In this document: in pieces, positions 41,766-55,615 of the stretch
How positions within the stretch are numbered: the first letter of the stretch is position 1
Layout: each line of letters opens with the position of its first letter
Source: the human T2T-CHM13v2.0 reference genome, Homo sapiens
Strand: one strand, 5' to 3'
Assembly (NCBI RefSeq): GCF_009914755.1
Contig: NC_060930.1
Length of the DNA: 64,000 nucleotides
The notes under the pieces: generated by a model
Seen by the model: only the letters and a program-made list of their open reading frames with translations
Database searches by the model: none
Told to the model about the DNA's origin: nothing
Position numbers and translations under genes: made by a program

Positions 41766-44700
41766 TTTCTTCAACCCTGAGAGCCTAACATGTCTAAATC
41801 TGTTTCTTATATGCTCATTGCCATTGTTTTCTGATGTTGGTTAGAACCTTAACTTTGAAATAATTTAACAAACTAGTAATAATACATATATGAAATACAT
41901 TTTTACTTTAATAAATCATTACAAATAATAGGGAAAAAAATCTTTAAAAACTTGCCTCAATGATATTTTAACCACCAAATGGAAGGGTTCAATAAGAAGC
42001 AGTCAAAATTAACATAAAAACATAATAAAAGTAATGGAGTCAGTATCTTTAGTCTCTAAGACCGTTAGTTCTCATTTCTCAGTTTTGTAATTTAAAAAAT
42101 GCATTCCTGCTGTTCATGTGTTCATCCATTCATCAAATAATTTTAATGACTACCATGTGCAGTATTGTTCTAAGTGTGATTTGAAAAGTAAATGTGATGG
42201 TACACATGAAATAAATGATAAGATAAATGAAATAAAACAATTTCTTGGAAGACAGAAAGGACTAAAATCCACACGAGGAGAAACAGATGACCTGAATTGC
42301 TCTATACAGGAATTAATTCAATATTTTATAAGATTCTCAAAAGAAATTACCAGGCCCAGATATTTTCACTGGTGAATTCTACAAAGTACTTAAGGAAGAA
42401 ATAATACCAATTTTCCACCTTATCCAGAAAATAGAAGCAGAGAAAACACTTTCTAATGTATTCTCTAAAACCAGAATTATCTTAGTATGCAAATTGGCTG
42501 AAGACATTACAAAGAAAGAAAACAACAGAACAACCTCCCTCATGGACATATATGCAAAAATCTTAAACAAAATATCAACATGGAATCCAACAACATGGGA
42601 AAACAGTTTATACAAGAAACAAGTGGAATTTATTAGGAGTTTATAAAGCTAGTCCAACATGTAACAACAATGTAATCCACCACATATACTGGCAAAAGAA
42701 AAAAAATCAGAGATGATAATATGAATTGATGTTGATAAAGCATTTGATGAAATCCAATATCCATTCATGATAAAAACTCTCAATACTGTGAAATAGAGTG
42801 GAATTTCTTCAACTTTATTTTTTTAAGAAAGGAAACCTACATGTCCTACATCTAACATCATGCTCAATGATAAGAGACTGATGCTTCACCCCTAATATCA
42901 GGAAAAAGGCAAAGTAACCTTATCACTCTTGTTAAATATCCTACCAAAAGTCAGAGCTAGTGCAACAAAACAAGAAAAAGATAAAATGTGCACAGATTGG
43001 AGGGAAGAAGTAAACTTTTTTATTTGCAAATGACATAATTGCCAGAACAAAACCCCCCAAAGAATGTAAATAACAACAGCAGCAGCAACAACAAAATTCA
43101 CTTCCTGGAACTAATAAGCAAGTATAGCCAAGTCACAAGATACAATATCAATATTAATCTCAATTACTTTCCTTTATAAGAACAATGAATCATTGAAGTT
43201 TGAAATTAAAGCTATACTATTTACAATACCACCAAATTAATGGAGTACTTAAGTATAAAATCACATACAGAATTTGTATGCAGAAAATTACAAAATACTG
43301 ATAAAAAAGTGTCTAAACAAGTGGAGAGATATTTTATGTTCTTAGATTGGAAGACTCAATATTCTTAAAACACAATTTCCTCCCAATGTGATCTATTTAT
43401 TTGATAATCACAATCACAATCTGAGCAAGTTATTTTATATAAACAAACTAATTCCAAAATTTATATAAAAATGCAAGTGAGCCAACGAAATGCTAAAAAA
43501 AAAAAAAAACTGCAGGACTCACAGTATCCAATTTTAAGGCTAATTATGAAGCCACACTAATCAAGAGAATTTAAAAGGATGGCAGATGTTAAGGGCCAGA
43601 CTTTCTCACTGTTGGATTGGAAGATTACGGACCAGCAAGGGGATAAATCTAAAATGATTCATGTGGTATTAGATTTAAGTTGAAAACATCAGTATAAACT
43701 CATGTTTAGCTTATTAGTATATACTTCCTCTGTCAGCTGAAAAGTCTTAGAAGTACTGACACTTCAGTCATAATGAATATAACTAGCACACAAATCTTGG
43801 ATTCTAATACCACACTCCAATAAAAGACAGTGGGCTCCATAGAGAAATACTTGATTCTAGGATTGAGTCAGAAGATAAACAAGATGTATTCAGAGCATTT
43901 TGTAGTGCTAAAAACAAAACAAACAAACCTTCGATGATGGTAATATGTCAAAGGGATAAAGTAGCTAAACAAAAGGATACCCATGACCAAAGCTAAAACA
44001 ATTTGAGCAACAAAATGGATAAACTTGTATTAAATAATAATCTAAAATATAAAATAAAATTGTATAAGTCCATGCTGACATAAATAAATGATTGAATAAA
44101 TAAATAAGAGGAATAGATAATTCTCTCATCTAGAAGAATTCCAAATAATTCATATAGCTAATCTCTACTCAAGAAGGTGCAACATACTTCTCCATTCCTT
44201 ATATATGGGCTGTACATAGTGACTGCCTTCCAAAGTACAGCATGGAAGGTGGGGAGTAACTTTACAATGAAGAAATCTGACAACACTACCATAGCCCGGT
44301 GTTCAAAGATAATATTGACAGGGATAAGTCATGTTAATAGCTTGTAGGATTATTGATACATTGTGATGAGAATAGTGTTTTACTTCTGTGGATTTTGTCC
44401 CCCAAAAAATATAATTTCAGTCTAATTATGAGAGGAAAAAAGAAAGAAACTGGCATGGCATGTGAGGAGTCATCACAGTGAAATGTAGTGTGATATACTG
44501 ATTGGGATTCTTGAATAGAAAAAAGACATTTGGTAAAAACTACGGAAATAAAGTATGAACTTCAGTAATAATAATATAACAATATTGGTTCATTAATTGT
44601 GACAAATTAAAACTTATATTAATGTAGGATGTTAGCAATAGGGAAACCTGTGTGGAGGGTATATAGGAACTCTCTGTACTCTCTTCCTAACTTATCTGTA

Positions 44701-45052
44701 AATCTAATACTATTCTAAACTTTAACAGTAAACTAAAAAATAAAAATAAAAAAGCTGAGGTAGCATATTATGAAGCCTATAGCTTCTATTTTAAATTTTA
44801 ACTTTCCATATTGATGTTATTTATTGAGATTTCACTCAAATCTTAAATTTGCGAAAGGCAAGCATTCTACAGCCAAATAAAAGGTAAATGGCATAATTCA
44901 TAATATTGTACGTAAATATTACATGTATGGACTGGGTGTAATCATTTAATTTATCTCTACACCTTTTAAATGCTCAACACATTAAGAGAATAGTTAAATA
45001 GCCAGAAACATAGTGACAGTTGCATGAAAAGCAGTATAAAGAGAACTTTATT

Positions 45053-46758
45053 GTGTGGGAGTCTAAATCTCATTGTAGGTCTCTAAGAAATTGCTTTATA
45101 AATCTGGGTGCTCCTGTATTGGGTGCATATATATTTAGGATAGTTAACTCTTCTTGTTGAATTGAGTCCTTTAGCATTATGTAATGCCCTTCTTTGTCTT
45201 TTTTGATCTTTGTTGGTTTAAAGTCTGTTTTGTCCAAAACTAGGATTGCAACCACTGCTCTTTTCTGTTTTCCATTTGCTTGATAAATTTTTCTCCATCC
45301 CTTTATTTTGAGCCTATGTGTGTCTTTGCACATGAGATTGGTCTCTTGAATACAACATACTGATGGGTCTTGGCTCTTTACCCAGCTTGCCATTCTCTGT
45401 CTTTTAATTGGAGCATTTAGCCCAGTTACATTTATGGTTAATATTGTAATATGTGAACTTGATCCTGTCATGATGCCAGCTGGTTATTTTGCAGACTTGT
45501 TTATGTAGCTGCTTCATCGTGTCACTGGTCTGGGTACTTCAGTGTGTTTTTGTAGTGGCTGGTAACAGTTTTTTCTTTCCATATTTAGTGCTTCCTGCAG
45601 GATCTGTTGCAAGGCAGGCCTGGTGGTGGTGAATTCCCTCAGCATTTGCTTGTCTGAAAAGGATCTTATTTCTCCTTCACTTATGAAGCTTAGTTTGGCT
45701 GGATATGAAATTTTGTGTTGGAAATTCTTTTCTTTAAGAATGTTGAATTTTTGACTCCAATGTCTTTTAACTTGTAGCATTTCCACTGAGAGATCTGCTG
45801 TTAGCCTGATGGGCTTCGTTTTGCAGGTGGTCTGGCCTTTTTCTCTGGCTGCCCTTAACATTTTTGTAATACAGCCATTTGACAAATGTCTAATATCCAG
45901 AGTCTACAAGAAACTCAAACAAATTTACAAGAAAAAACCAAACAACCCCATTAAGAAGTGGGCAAAGACATGAACAGACACTTCTCAAAAGAAGACATTT
46001 ATGTGGCCAACAAACATATGAAAAAAAAGCCCAACAACACTGATCATTAGAGAAATGCAAATAAAAACCACAAGAGATACAATTGAAAACCAGTAAGAAT
46101 GGCAATTATTAAGAAGTCAAGAAACAACAGATGCTGGTGAGGTTGTGGAGAAAAAGGAATGCTTTTACATGGTTGTTGGAAATGTAAATTAGTTCAACCA
46201 TTGTGTAAGACAGTGAGGCAATTCCTCAAAGATCTGGAAGCAGAAATACCATTTGACCAGCAATCCCATTACTGGGTATATACCCAGAGGAATATAAATC
46301 ATTCTATTATAAAGATATATGCTCACGTATGTTCATTGCAGTGCTATTCACAATAGCAAAGACATAGAATCGACCCAAATGCCCACCAATGATAGACTGG
46401 ATAGAGAAAAGATGGTACATATACACTATGGAATTCTATGCAGCCATAAAAAGGAACAAGATCAACTCCTTTGCAGGGTCATGAATGGAGCTGGAAGCCG
46501 TTATCCTCAGCAAACTAACACAGGAACAGAAAACCAAACACCTCATGTTCTCACTAATAAGTGGGAGCTGAATGATGAGAACACATTGACACATGGTGGG
46601 GAACAACACACACTGGGGCCTGTCTTGGGACAGGGGGAGGGAGAGCATCAGGAAGAATAGCTAATGGATTCTGAGCTTAATACTTAGGTGTTACCTATGT
46701 AACAAACTTGCACATCCTGCACATGTACCCCAGAACTTAAAATAAAAGTTGAAGAAAA
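45053..46758 (+). mobile_element. L1PA8-like element: inverted ORF1-end/ORF2-EN segment (about 45053-45865, minus) joined to the 3' end (about 45860-46758, plus)
   Basis: ORF track shows MTGSSSHITIL (ORF2 N-terminus) and KMLRAAREKGQ (ORF1) on minus, with the 3' end on plus. TSD aaagagaactttatt (45038-45052) / aaacagaactttatt (46759-46773). Confidence 0.92.
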
Positions 46759-47087
46759 AAACAGAACTTTATTAGTCTACTAAGAGGATACTAGCTGAAA
46801 TGATTGACTGACTAGTAACTCCTCAGTTCTGAAAGCTAAGAAATAATCACATCAAGAATAAATGAAAAATTATGAGCACCAACTTGACAAATCTAGATAT
46901 GCCCCAAACAATACTTTGTCAACTCTGACTTCCCAACAAATATAAACACTATTTCTGTACTCTGAAAATTCTATCAAAAAATGGAATGTCTTATCCAGAC
47001 AGGGCAGTAGGACTTCTCTTCCTTTGTAGTAGCTTCTCCATTTCTGTGATGCTGTGATGATTAGATACAATTACAACGACGATTGAA

Positions 47088-47089
<2 letters not shown>

Positions 47090-47119
<30 letters not shown>
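47090..47119. repeat. (TC)n microsatellite, about 15 units
   Basis: Direct reading. Confidence 0.95.
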
Positions 47120-47121
<2 letters not shown>

Positions 47122-49507
47122 CACCTTCACCCTGCCCTGTTGCCTAGTCTTCTTACTAGAAATGTTCTCATATTTCACTACTGTGTAGAAGTAGAGCTGC
47201 CTTGTTTTTTATGGGCAAGCCACTTAATGAGAAAATAAAATTCTACAATAACAAATGCTACTCACTGGGCCACAAATCTACTTCCAAAGAAAAGCTATCA
47301 TGTGGAACCAAATGGAAAAAGCAGCCCCTGAAGAAGTTTTAAAATGCATAATAGATTTAATCTCACTTGATAATATTTATGAAGATAGTATTTATGAAGA
47401 ATACTGATGAACTTCTTCCACCGAAAAAGTGTCTTTCCTTCAATTGGGATTTAAGGCTGTACAGTTTCCTGCCTTTTCCCTTGAATTAGGTTAACTTTTA
47501 ACCATATTTGAATGGAAAAGAAGCATAAAATATCTTTTAAAATTCAATTTAGAAAAATTAATCCTTTCTCCCATGTGAGCTCTGTAAAGATAGCAGAATA
47601 TCCAATCAGGAAGTGAATATACAAGATGATCCTGACTTTCAAGCAAAACCTTATTAAAATTGAAAAGTTACACTTACTTATGATATTATCATGTTTTTAT
47701 CATGGGAACCAAATTGCAAATATATGAACTCTGTGCAAACATAACAGTTTCCCTTTACATGACTTTTACTGAGAATTTTTTATGTGTCTTATTGACCTTA
47801 AATATATTAAGATATGTATGTCCATAGATTGAATTCTTTTGAATCAGCTCAAACCAATACTTGGCAGCAATGCATATACAGATTACTCAATTTGGAATTT
47901 TTACCTTTTTAAAAATTAGCACTTTTCTTTAAATCACATCTCATTGCACTTGGAAACATCTGTGACAAACAGAGAGGAGGATGAGCTATCAAGACAGAGT
48001 GTGGTATTTTCGAACTGATGAAGCCTGCCTCTTGCAGAGTCTCAGCAAGCAGTGAGGTGGAAATTCACACAGAGAGCTAGATAAGGTGCCTGGCCTATAT
48101 GCAACAACTAGACTTTCATTCTCTATTTATATTTGAAACGTCTTTTGTTTCTTCAAGATGCATGAAATAAAATTGAGGAGTACATAACAAAAAGTCAAAG
48201 GAGTTTGATAATGACTTTGGGACTGAACAGAATGGCCTATGAAGAGTCAGAGCAAAAGCATATTTTTGACATCACATTTACATGTAAAACAACACTTTGA
48301 AACTAGATTTTTTATTCTCCTTATAAAGTAGATATTGCATATCGCAATCTGTCAAAAAATAAAACTACCTATCTTATTTTTGGAAGAAATTTTCATCCTA
48401 AAGAATCATTTCATCAGTGGTGTTCATTAATGCACAGCTGCTAAGCACCTGTGCATGCATGCATTGGCCCATGAAGATAAGCAACTAGAAATTTTGGTCC
48501 CCAGGTTCTGGAGATTCTATGCATATATATATATATGCATATATATATGGAGAGAGATATATTATACATACATATTTTCATATATACATTTTATGTATGT
48601 ATGTTATATACATTATGCATCTTACCATATAAACCAAAATGAGTAGTGACACTGGTGCATTTAAACTGATCATTATTCCCTAAGTGCTTACCCTTATGGA
48701 AACCAACTTTGGAGGTTAGAACATTCTTTTTGGAGTATCCTTTCAGAAAGCTGGGAGCCACATCCAAGCGCCACCATTCATTACCTAGGAAACCAGAGGA
48801 AATTCATGTAACCACTGTCCTTTATCTCCATGTCAACGACCTGAGGGATGTGTACAGCACATGGTAAAAGCTTCATAAATGTTAGTAATTATTATGCTTA
48901 TATTTCCATAAGCTGAAATGCTCTTTTCTCCCTTTCCCATCTGTTTTTACCCTTTTAGTCCTTCAAGGCTCACTTCAAATACAGAAAGAATAATCACAAT
49001 AGCAACAAGAAATTTCCCTTACTTCTCCAACTCTACATACACAAAACTATTTGTATATCACTGCTCTCATGGAACACCTTGTTGGGAACACCATATAGTG
49101 GTTATAAATTGGTGAGGAGTTTGGAAAATTTGGAGTAAATTAAGCCCTGGAAAGCTTTTTCATGTGAATAACTCCTAATTTTGATAGATCTGCGGATGAG
49201 CATTGGGGAAGAAAAAATTGGGGCATTGGATGCTTTGATAAAGATCCCCAGGAGTACATATAAGACCTCCTTCTCCCAGACTTCCTACAAATCTACTAAT
49301 GTATTTCATTATATTAGAATACAATGTATTTCACTCTATTAGAATGCCACACAATGACTTATCAATTTCCAATTTTTACCTCTTACCACAGAGTCTAACA
49401 CATTATAAGTATTCAATAGACATATGTTGACTGACTAAATGAAAAATAGCTTTTGTTCTTCTCTGTGTTAAACAGTTCTAACTTAAAGAAAATGGAAGTT
49501 ATCTATT

Positions 49508-52500
49508 GTGGACTTCAAATTGGTTGACTAGAAGCATTTCACGCTCACCTCCTCCACTTAAAAGATCCAAAATAGTGTGTAATCATACTTCAAATACATT
49601 ATCCAAGAGATAACACTGGAATTCAACTGAAAAATGACAGGAAGAAACAAAAGCAAGGGAACAAAAAAAGAGAGACAGCCTGCTTGGCTGGTATGAGCTG
49701 GAAGCCAGGAGGAACTGCCCAATGTAGGGAATGAGTAAGTGAGAGATTCCCAGCATCTCACATTCCCAGCATGGAATCATGAAATCCTGGCAACAGGAGT
49801 CCCTCAACCCTTTCAAGACCTGAAACTAACATAAGGAGGTGCCAGGAGACAATGAGATGGAACCGCTTTAGGGAGAGAGCTTGCACTTGTTCTCGCACCC
49901 TTTCTGAGTCATAGGTGGCTACAGCAAAACACCATTTTCAATCCCAGACTTTATTAGACTGCATATTGTCCTTGGGCTCAGCAGCCCTTACACTGAAGTG
50001 CTAGGAAAACTTGGGCAGTTGCTGTTGGGACTGGGCCATGACCTGGGAATAGGCTGCTGCAGCCAAGGCTGAGAAGCCAGTGAGGTGTGGGCTTCAGCTA
50101 CTGGTGTTGAGAAGCAAGTGCTGCCAGGACTGAGAAGGGGACACAAGTGGGACATGAGTTACCACCGGGACTTATGGTGGGTCTCCTGTAGCTGGGCCTG
50201 AGGTGTGAGCTAGGTGTGGGCTACCACTACCAGGGCTCAGAGATGAGACCCACTGTGACTAGGGCATGAGAGGGACATGTGTTCCCCACCAGCTAGCTTA
50301 GACTGTGGCCACTGAGTTTGGGCTCACCTTCCTCAGTGGGGCTAACACTACTGCTCACCCAGCATTCTACCTGGGTACTGAGGATCACCCTCAACCCACC
50401 AACCTTGGCTAGTGGCTGTTCTCACATTTGGGAGGCTTGAGCACAAGCCTGCCAAACCCAGCTTTGCCCCCATCTCTAAGACAGAGCACATGCTTCAAGG
50501 TCCTAGAGATTGCCCAAAGCAATTCACCACCCTGGGCACCTGAGCACTCCTCTTGGGGGCCTAATGTTCAGCTTAAACTCCTGGCTCTTCCCACCTTATC
50601 TGGCACCTACCTACAAGCACCACCTGAGGGCCCAGAGACTGGCCTACCCAGCCCACTGCAGCCACTACTAACATCAGTGTACATGATTTGGGACTCAAGA
50701 ATCATCCTGCTAATGCTACTGGCATTGCGTATACAAACAAGCTGTCCAGGGACCCAGTAAATTGAAAACCTGCCTGGTCCATCTCTGCAACTATCAGCAT
50801 TCAAGCTAGCCACCTGGAGGCCCAAGAATTGGCCCTCCAGTAACCACTACCACAGGTGCCAGTGTATGCCACCCTAAGGCATAAGGATCAGAATGCTCAG
50901 CCCACTGCTGCCATCACTAGGGCCTGAAGACTGGCTACGTGACATCCCCATCCCCAGTATTACTTTACTACAACCTCCACTAATAACTGCACCCTAACCC
51001 ACTAAGGAAATCACAGATACCTCTAATGCTGTTTACAGTCAAAGAAATCATCCAGAGACTACACTATTGCATGTATACAGAATCAAATCCAAAGTGCCCT
51101 ACCCAATCAACACCATAGATATATATTTGGGAAAAAGTCATCCTCTACAAAAGTCCATTCAAAAATATGAAAAAATGGCTATTACACCAGATGCACAGAT
51201 ATCAACATAAGGACACAGGAAAAATGCAAAAGCAAGAACATTTGACACCTGCAAAGGAACATAATGATTTTGCAGCAATAGATTTTTAATCAAGCAGAAA
51301 TTCTCAAAATCTCAGATAAAGAATTCAACATATTAATTTTAAAGAAACTCAGTGAGATACAAGATAATTCTGAAAAATAATACAAATAAATCAGGAAATC
51401 AATTCAGTATATAAATGGGAAATTTTCCAAAGAGATAGATATTTTTAAAAAGAAACAAATAGAAACTCAGAAACTGAGGAATTCAATGAAAGAAATACAA
51501 AATGCATTAGAAAGCTTCAACAATAGACCAGACCAAGCAGAAGAAAGAATCATAGAAAATGAAGACTGGTCTTTTGAAATAATTCAGTCAGACAAAAATA
51601 AAGAAAAAAAACAATAAAAAAGAATGAGCAAAGCCTCCATGATGTTTGGGACAACAAAAAGTCACCAAATATTAAATTCTTTGTATCCCTGAGGGCAAAT
51701 AGAGAATTAAAGAATTAGAAAACCTATTTAACGAAATAATAGATGAATGCTTGCTAGGCCTAGCAAGAGATTTAGACATCCAGAGACAGGAGACTCAGTG
51801 ATATTCAAGCAGATACAATGCAAAAGGTCTTCTTCATGGCACATTATAACTAGACTGTCTAAACTCAAAGAGCAAAGCCTAAAAGCAGCAAGAGAAAAGT
51901 TTTTAGTCACCTATAAAGGAAACCCCATCAGATTTCACAGCAGAAACCTTACAGGGCAGAAGGAAATCAGATACTACATTCAAAGTACAGAAAGAAAATC
52001 ATGACAGACAAGAATATTATTCAGCAAAATTATCCTTTACAAATAAACGGAAGATAAAGTATTTCCCAGAGAAGCAAATGTTGAGAGAATTTGTTACCAC
52101 TAAACTGATTCTGCAAGAAATGCTCAAAGGAGTCCTATACCTGGAAGCAAAGGATGATATTTACCATTATGAAAACACAGAAAAGTATAAAACTCCTGGT
52201 TAAGCAATCACACAAAAGAGGAAGAGAAAAGACTCAAGTGGTATCACTACAGAAATCCACCAAACCACAATGACAAATATTAAGATAAAAAGAAAGAAAC
52301 AGAAAATATGTAAAACAGCTAGAAAACAATTAGCAATGTGACAAAAACAAAGCCTTATATATATCAATATTAACCTTAGACAAAATGGATTAAATTCTCT
52401 ATATAAAAGATATACAAAGATTTAGTGAATTTAAAAAATTGATCTAACTATCTGCTGCTTACAAGGAGTTCACCTTATCAGAAAAACTTATATAGACTGC

Positions 52501-54330
52501 TAGCAAAGGCATGGAAAGATGTTCCATGAAAAGAAACCAAAAGTGAAAAGAAGTAGCTTTATTTATATTAGATAAAACAAACTTTAAGTCAAAACATTTT
52601 TAAAAAGACAAAGCATATCCTTTTTTTGAATTGATGCCTTATATGGGCCTCATTATAATGATAAAGGCACCAATCCAGGAAAAGGATAAAACAATTCTAA
52701 ATATATATGCAGCCAACATTAGAGGAACCAGAATTATAAAACAAATATTACTAGATCTAAAAAGAGAGGTGCACTACAATACAATAATAGTGGGGGACTT
52801 CAACACCCCACTCCCAGCATTAAACAGAACATCTAAGCAAAAAATAAAAACACTTTAGATTTAAACTGGACTTTAGACCAATGGACCTAACTAACATTTA
52901 CAGAACATTTTTTCAACAGCTACAGAATTCACATTTTTCTAATCAGTGCATGGAACATTCTTCAGGATAGACTGTATGTTAGAAGAAGCCTCAACAAATC
53001 TAAAAAAAAAAAAACATAATATCACATCAACTATCTTTGTAGAGTGCAAAATAAAAGTAAAAATCAATACAAAGAGGAACTTTGGAAACTACAAACACAT
53101 ACAAATTAAACAACATTCTCCTGAATCACTATTGTGTTAATGAATAAATTAAGATGGAAGTTTTAAAAATTTCTTGAAACGAGTGAAATTGGCAACACAA
53201 CATGCCAAAACCTGTGAGATACCATAAAAACAGTTTGTAGGAATAAATGCCTACATCAAAGAAGTAGAAAGATAACAATCTAACAATGATCTTGAAGGAA
53301 CTAGAAAATCAAGAACAAACCAAACCCCAAATAGCAGATGAAAAGAAATAATTAAGTACGGAGCAGTACTAAATGAAACAGAATTTTTTAAAAAATGCAC
53401 AGGGCCAACAAAATGAAAATTGGTTCATTATAACTTAGACAAAAAGTTGCAGATTTTGTCAAACATGTGGAGGAAAATAAAACATGTCTTATATACAGTA
53501 TGTTATTGGTGTGGATATAAATTACCACAGCCATTATTGAAAACTTGTGATTTCTCTAAAAACTGAGTTACCATTTGATTTAGAAATCCCAGTACTAGGT
53601 GTCTACCCAAAGGAAAAGAAATCAGTGTATCAAAGGGATATTTGTATTCACAAGCTTATTACAGCTTTAATGACAGTAGAAAATATATGAATTCAACCCA
53701 TGTCCATCAATGGATGAGTGGATAAAAAATATATATATATTCCAATGTGAAATTAAATATATATGACTTCTATATAATGAAATATATTTATGTATAAATG
53801 CATTTATAAATATATATGTATATATTTATGTAATATATACTTATAAATATGAATATGTACATCTGTTATTAAATATATGTGTATATATATCACTTACATA
53901 TACATTTCATTATTTTTTATGGTCATGTACTATTGCATTGTGTATGGATTGCAGAAACATGGATAGAGGAAATCACTATGTTAAGTGAAATAAGCTAGGC
54001 ACCAAAAGACAAATATAACATGTTTTCTCACTTATATGTGGGAGTGAACACATTTGATCATGTAGAGATAAGGAGTGGGAAGACAGAGACTGGGAAGGGT
54101 GAGTGGGGGATATAGGGAAGGCTTAAGAGAAGTGTGTTGAAGGGTATGAGCATACAGTTAGAAAGAAGGAGCTAATTAAATGTTTTACAGTTGAGTAGGT
54201 TGACTACAGTTAACAAAAATGTATTGTACTCAGGCGATGGAAACTAACTGACTTGTTTACTATGCACTAGATATGTGTAATAAAACTTCACATGTACCCT
54301 ATAATTTTGTACAACTAAAAAAAATCAAAA
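49508..54330 (+). mobile_element. L1MA-type (L1MA4-like 3' end) element with 5'UTR, ORF1 and EN, and a large internal ORF2 deletion
   Basis: GC-richer 5'UTR at 49510-51200. ORF1 starts about 51223 (MQKQEHLTPAKEHN). EN remnant IVGDFNTPL. ORF2 jumps at about 53430 to its C-terminal region. L1MA 3'UTR. Confidence 0.85.
53725..53902. repeat. (TA)-rich expansion inside the L1 3' region
   Basis: Low-complexity tatatat/atgtat sequence replacing the L1 tatatatacac segment. Confidence 0.85.
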
Positions 54331-54832
54331 TAAGAAAACAAAATGGATTTGCATGAGGTAGGTAAGTGGAGCTTACCATTTTAGATTTAGGAACTGTTAT
54401 CACCATCAGCCTTACTCAAAACTGAAAAGTCTTATTTATCATAAGAAAATATATAGATATATAAAGATATTGATACAGAAATAATGCTGCACATTGAAAC
54501 ATTCAATTTTGTGATGGCTTGTCTGAAATTTTATGAAAATGTTATCAGAAAATAAAACAGTTTAAGAATGCATACCATCATTTTCAAATTATTTTATTAG
54601 CCCAATGATTCAATATATTTTAACCCCAATATCTCCTTTGCAATGTTTTATATGTTTAAAAATTCCCATGAAGATGGCATGTAATATCTACTGGATAATT
54701 TGATAACTGGATTTTTACAGTGTGAAGAAAATATGACAAACTGCTTAATTCCAAGTTGATTCAAAAAATAGATTTTGGTTTAAATGGTGTCCACTATTTG
54801 GTTCAAGAATAACAATTAAAAGAAAGAGGAGG

Positions 54833-55233
<401 letters not shown>

Positions 55234-55615
55234 CTACATTGAATCTGTTTACTTGCGGTGTGCCCAAAACATGAAACAGGTTTTCAGAAAGTGTTCAGAT
55301 TTAAAATCACTAATGTAACAAGTTCAAACCAAGTGTTTTTAATAATAAAGTAAAACACTAATCTGAATTTTATCAATCCATACCAAGGCAGCCATTATAA
55401 CAAGATCACCAGCAGTCACATCTGTAATTATTCAAGAGAAAGCACATGTTTTGAGATTCAGGAATGTAAAACATGAACTTGTTTTGTTGAATACATTAGA
55501 GAGTAAATTTGGCTCAGGCTGAAAATTAAAGCATGTTTCTAAATGTAAGGCACACCAAGAGACTGTTGTCTGGTAGTTTAGTAATTAAATTCCTCATGGA
55601 AACACTTTCATCATC

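Larger units (their letters stand above)
38060..44752 (+). mobile_element. Old L1MC/L1MD element (ORF1 and ORF2 remnants, 3' region) with nested Alus and MER58A
   Basis: ORF1-like MLELYDRNFKITMINMLR and RITVDFSSETM. ORF2 EN/RT remnants at 39700-43560, then an L1MC-type 3'UTR ending in an A-rich tail. Confidence 0.8.
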
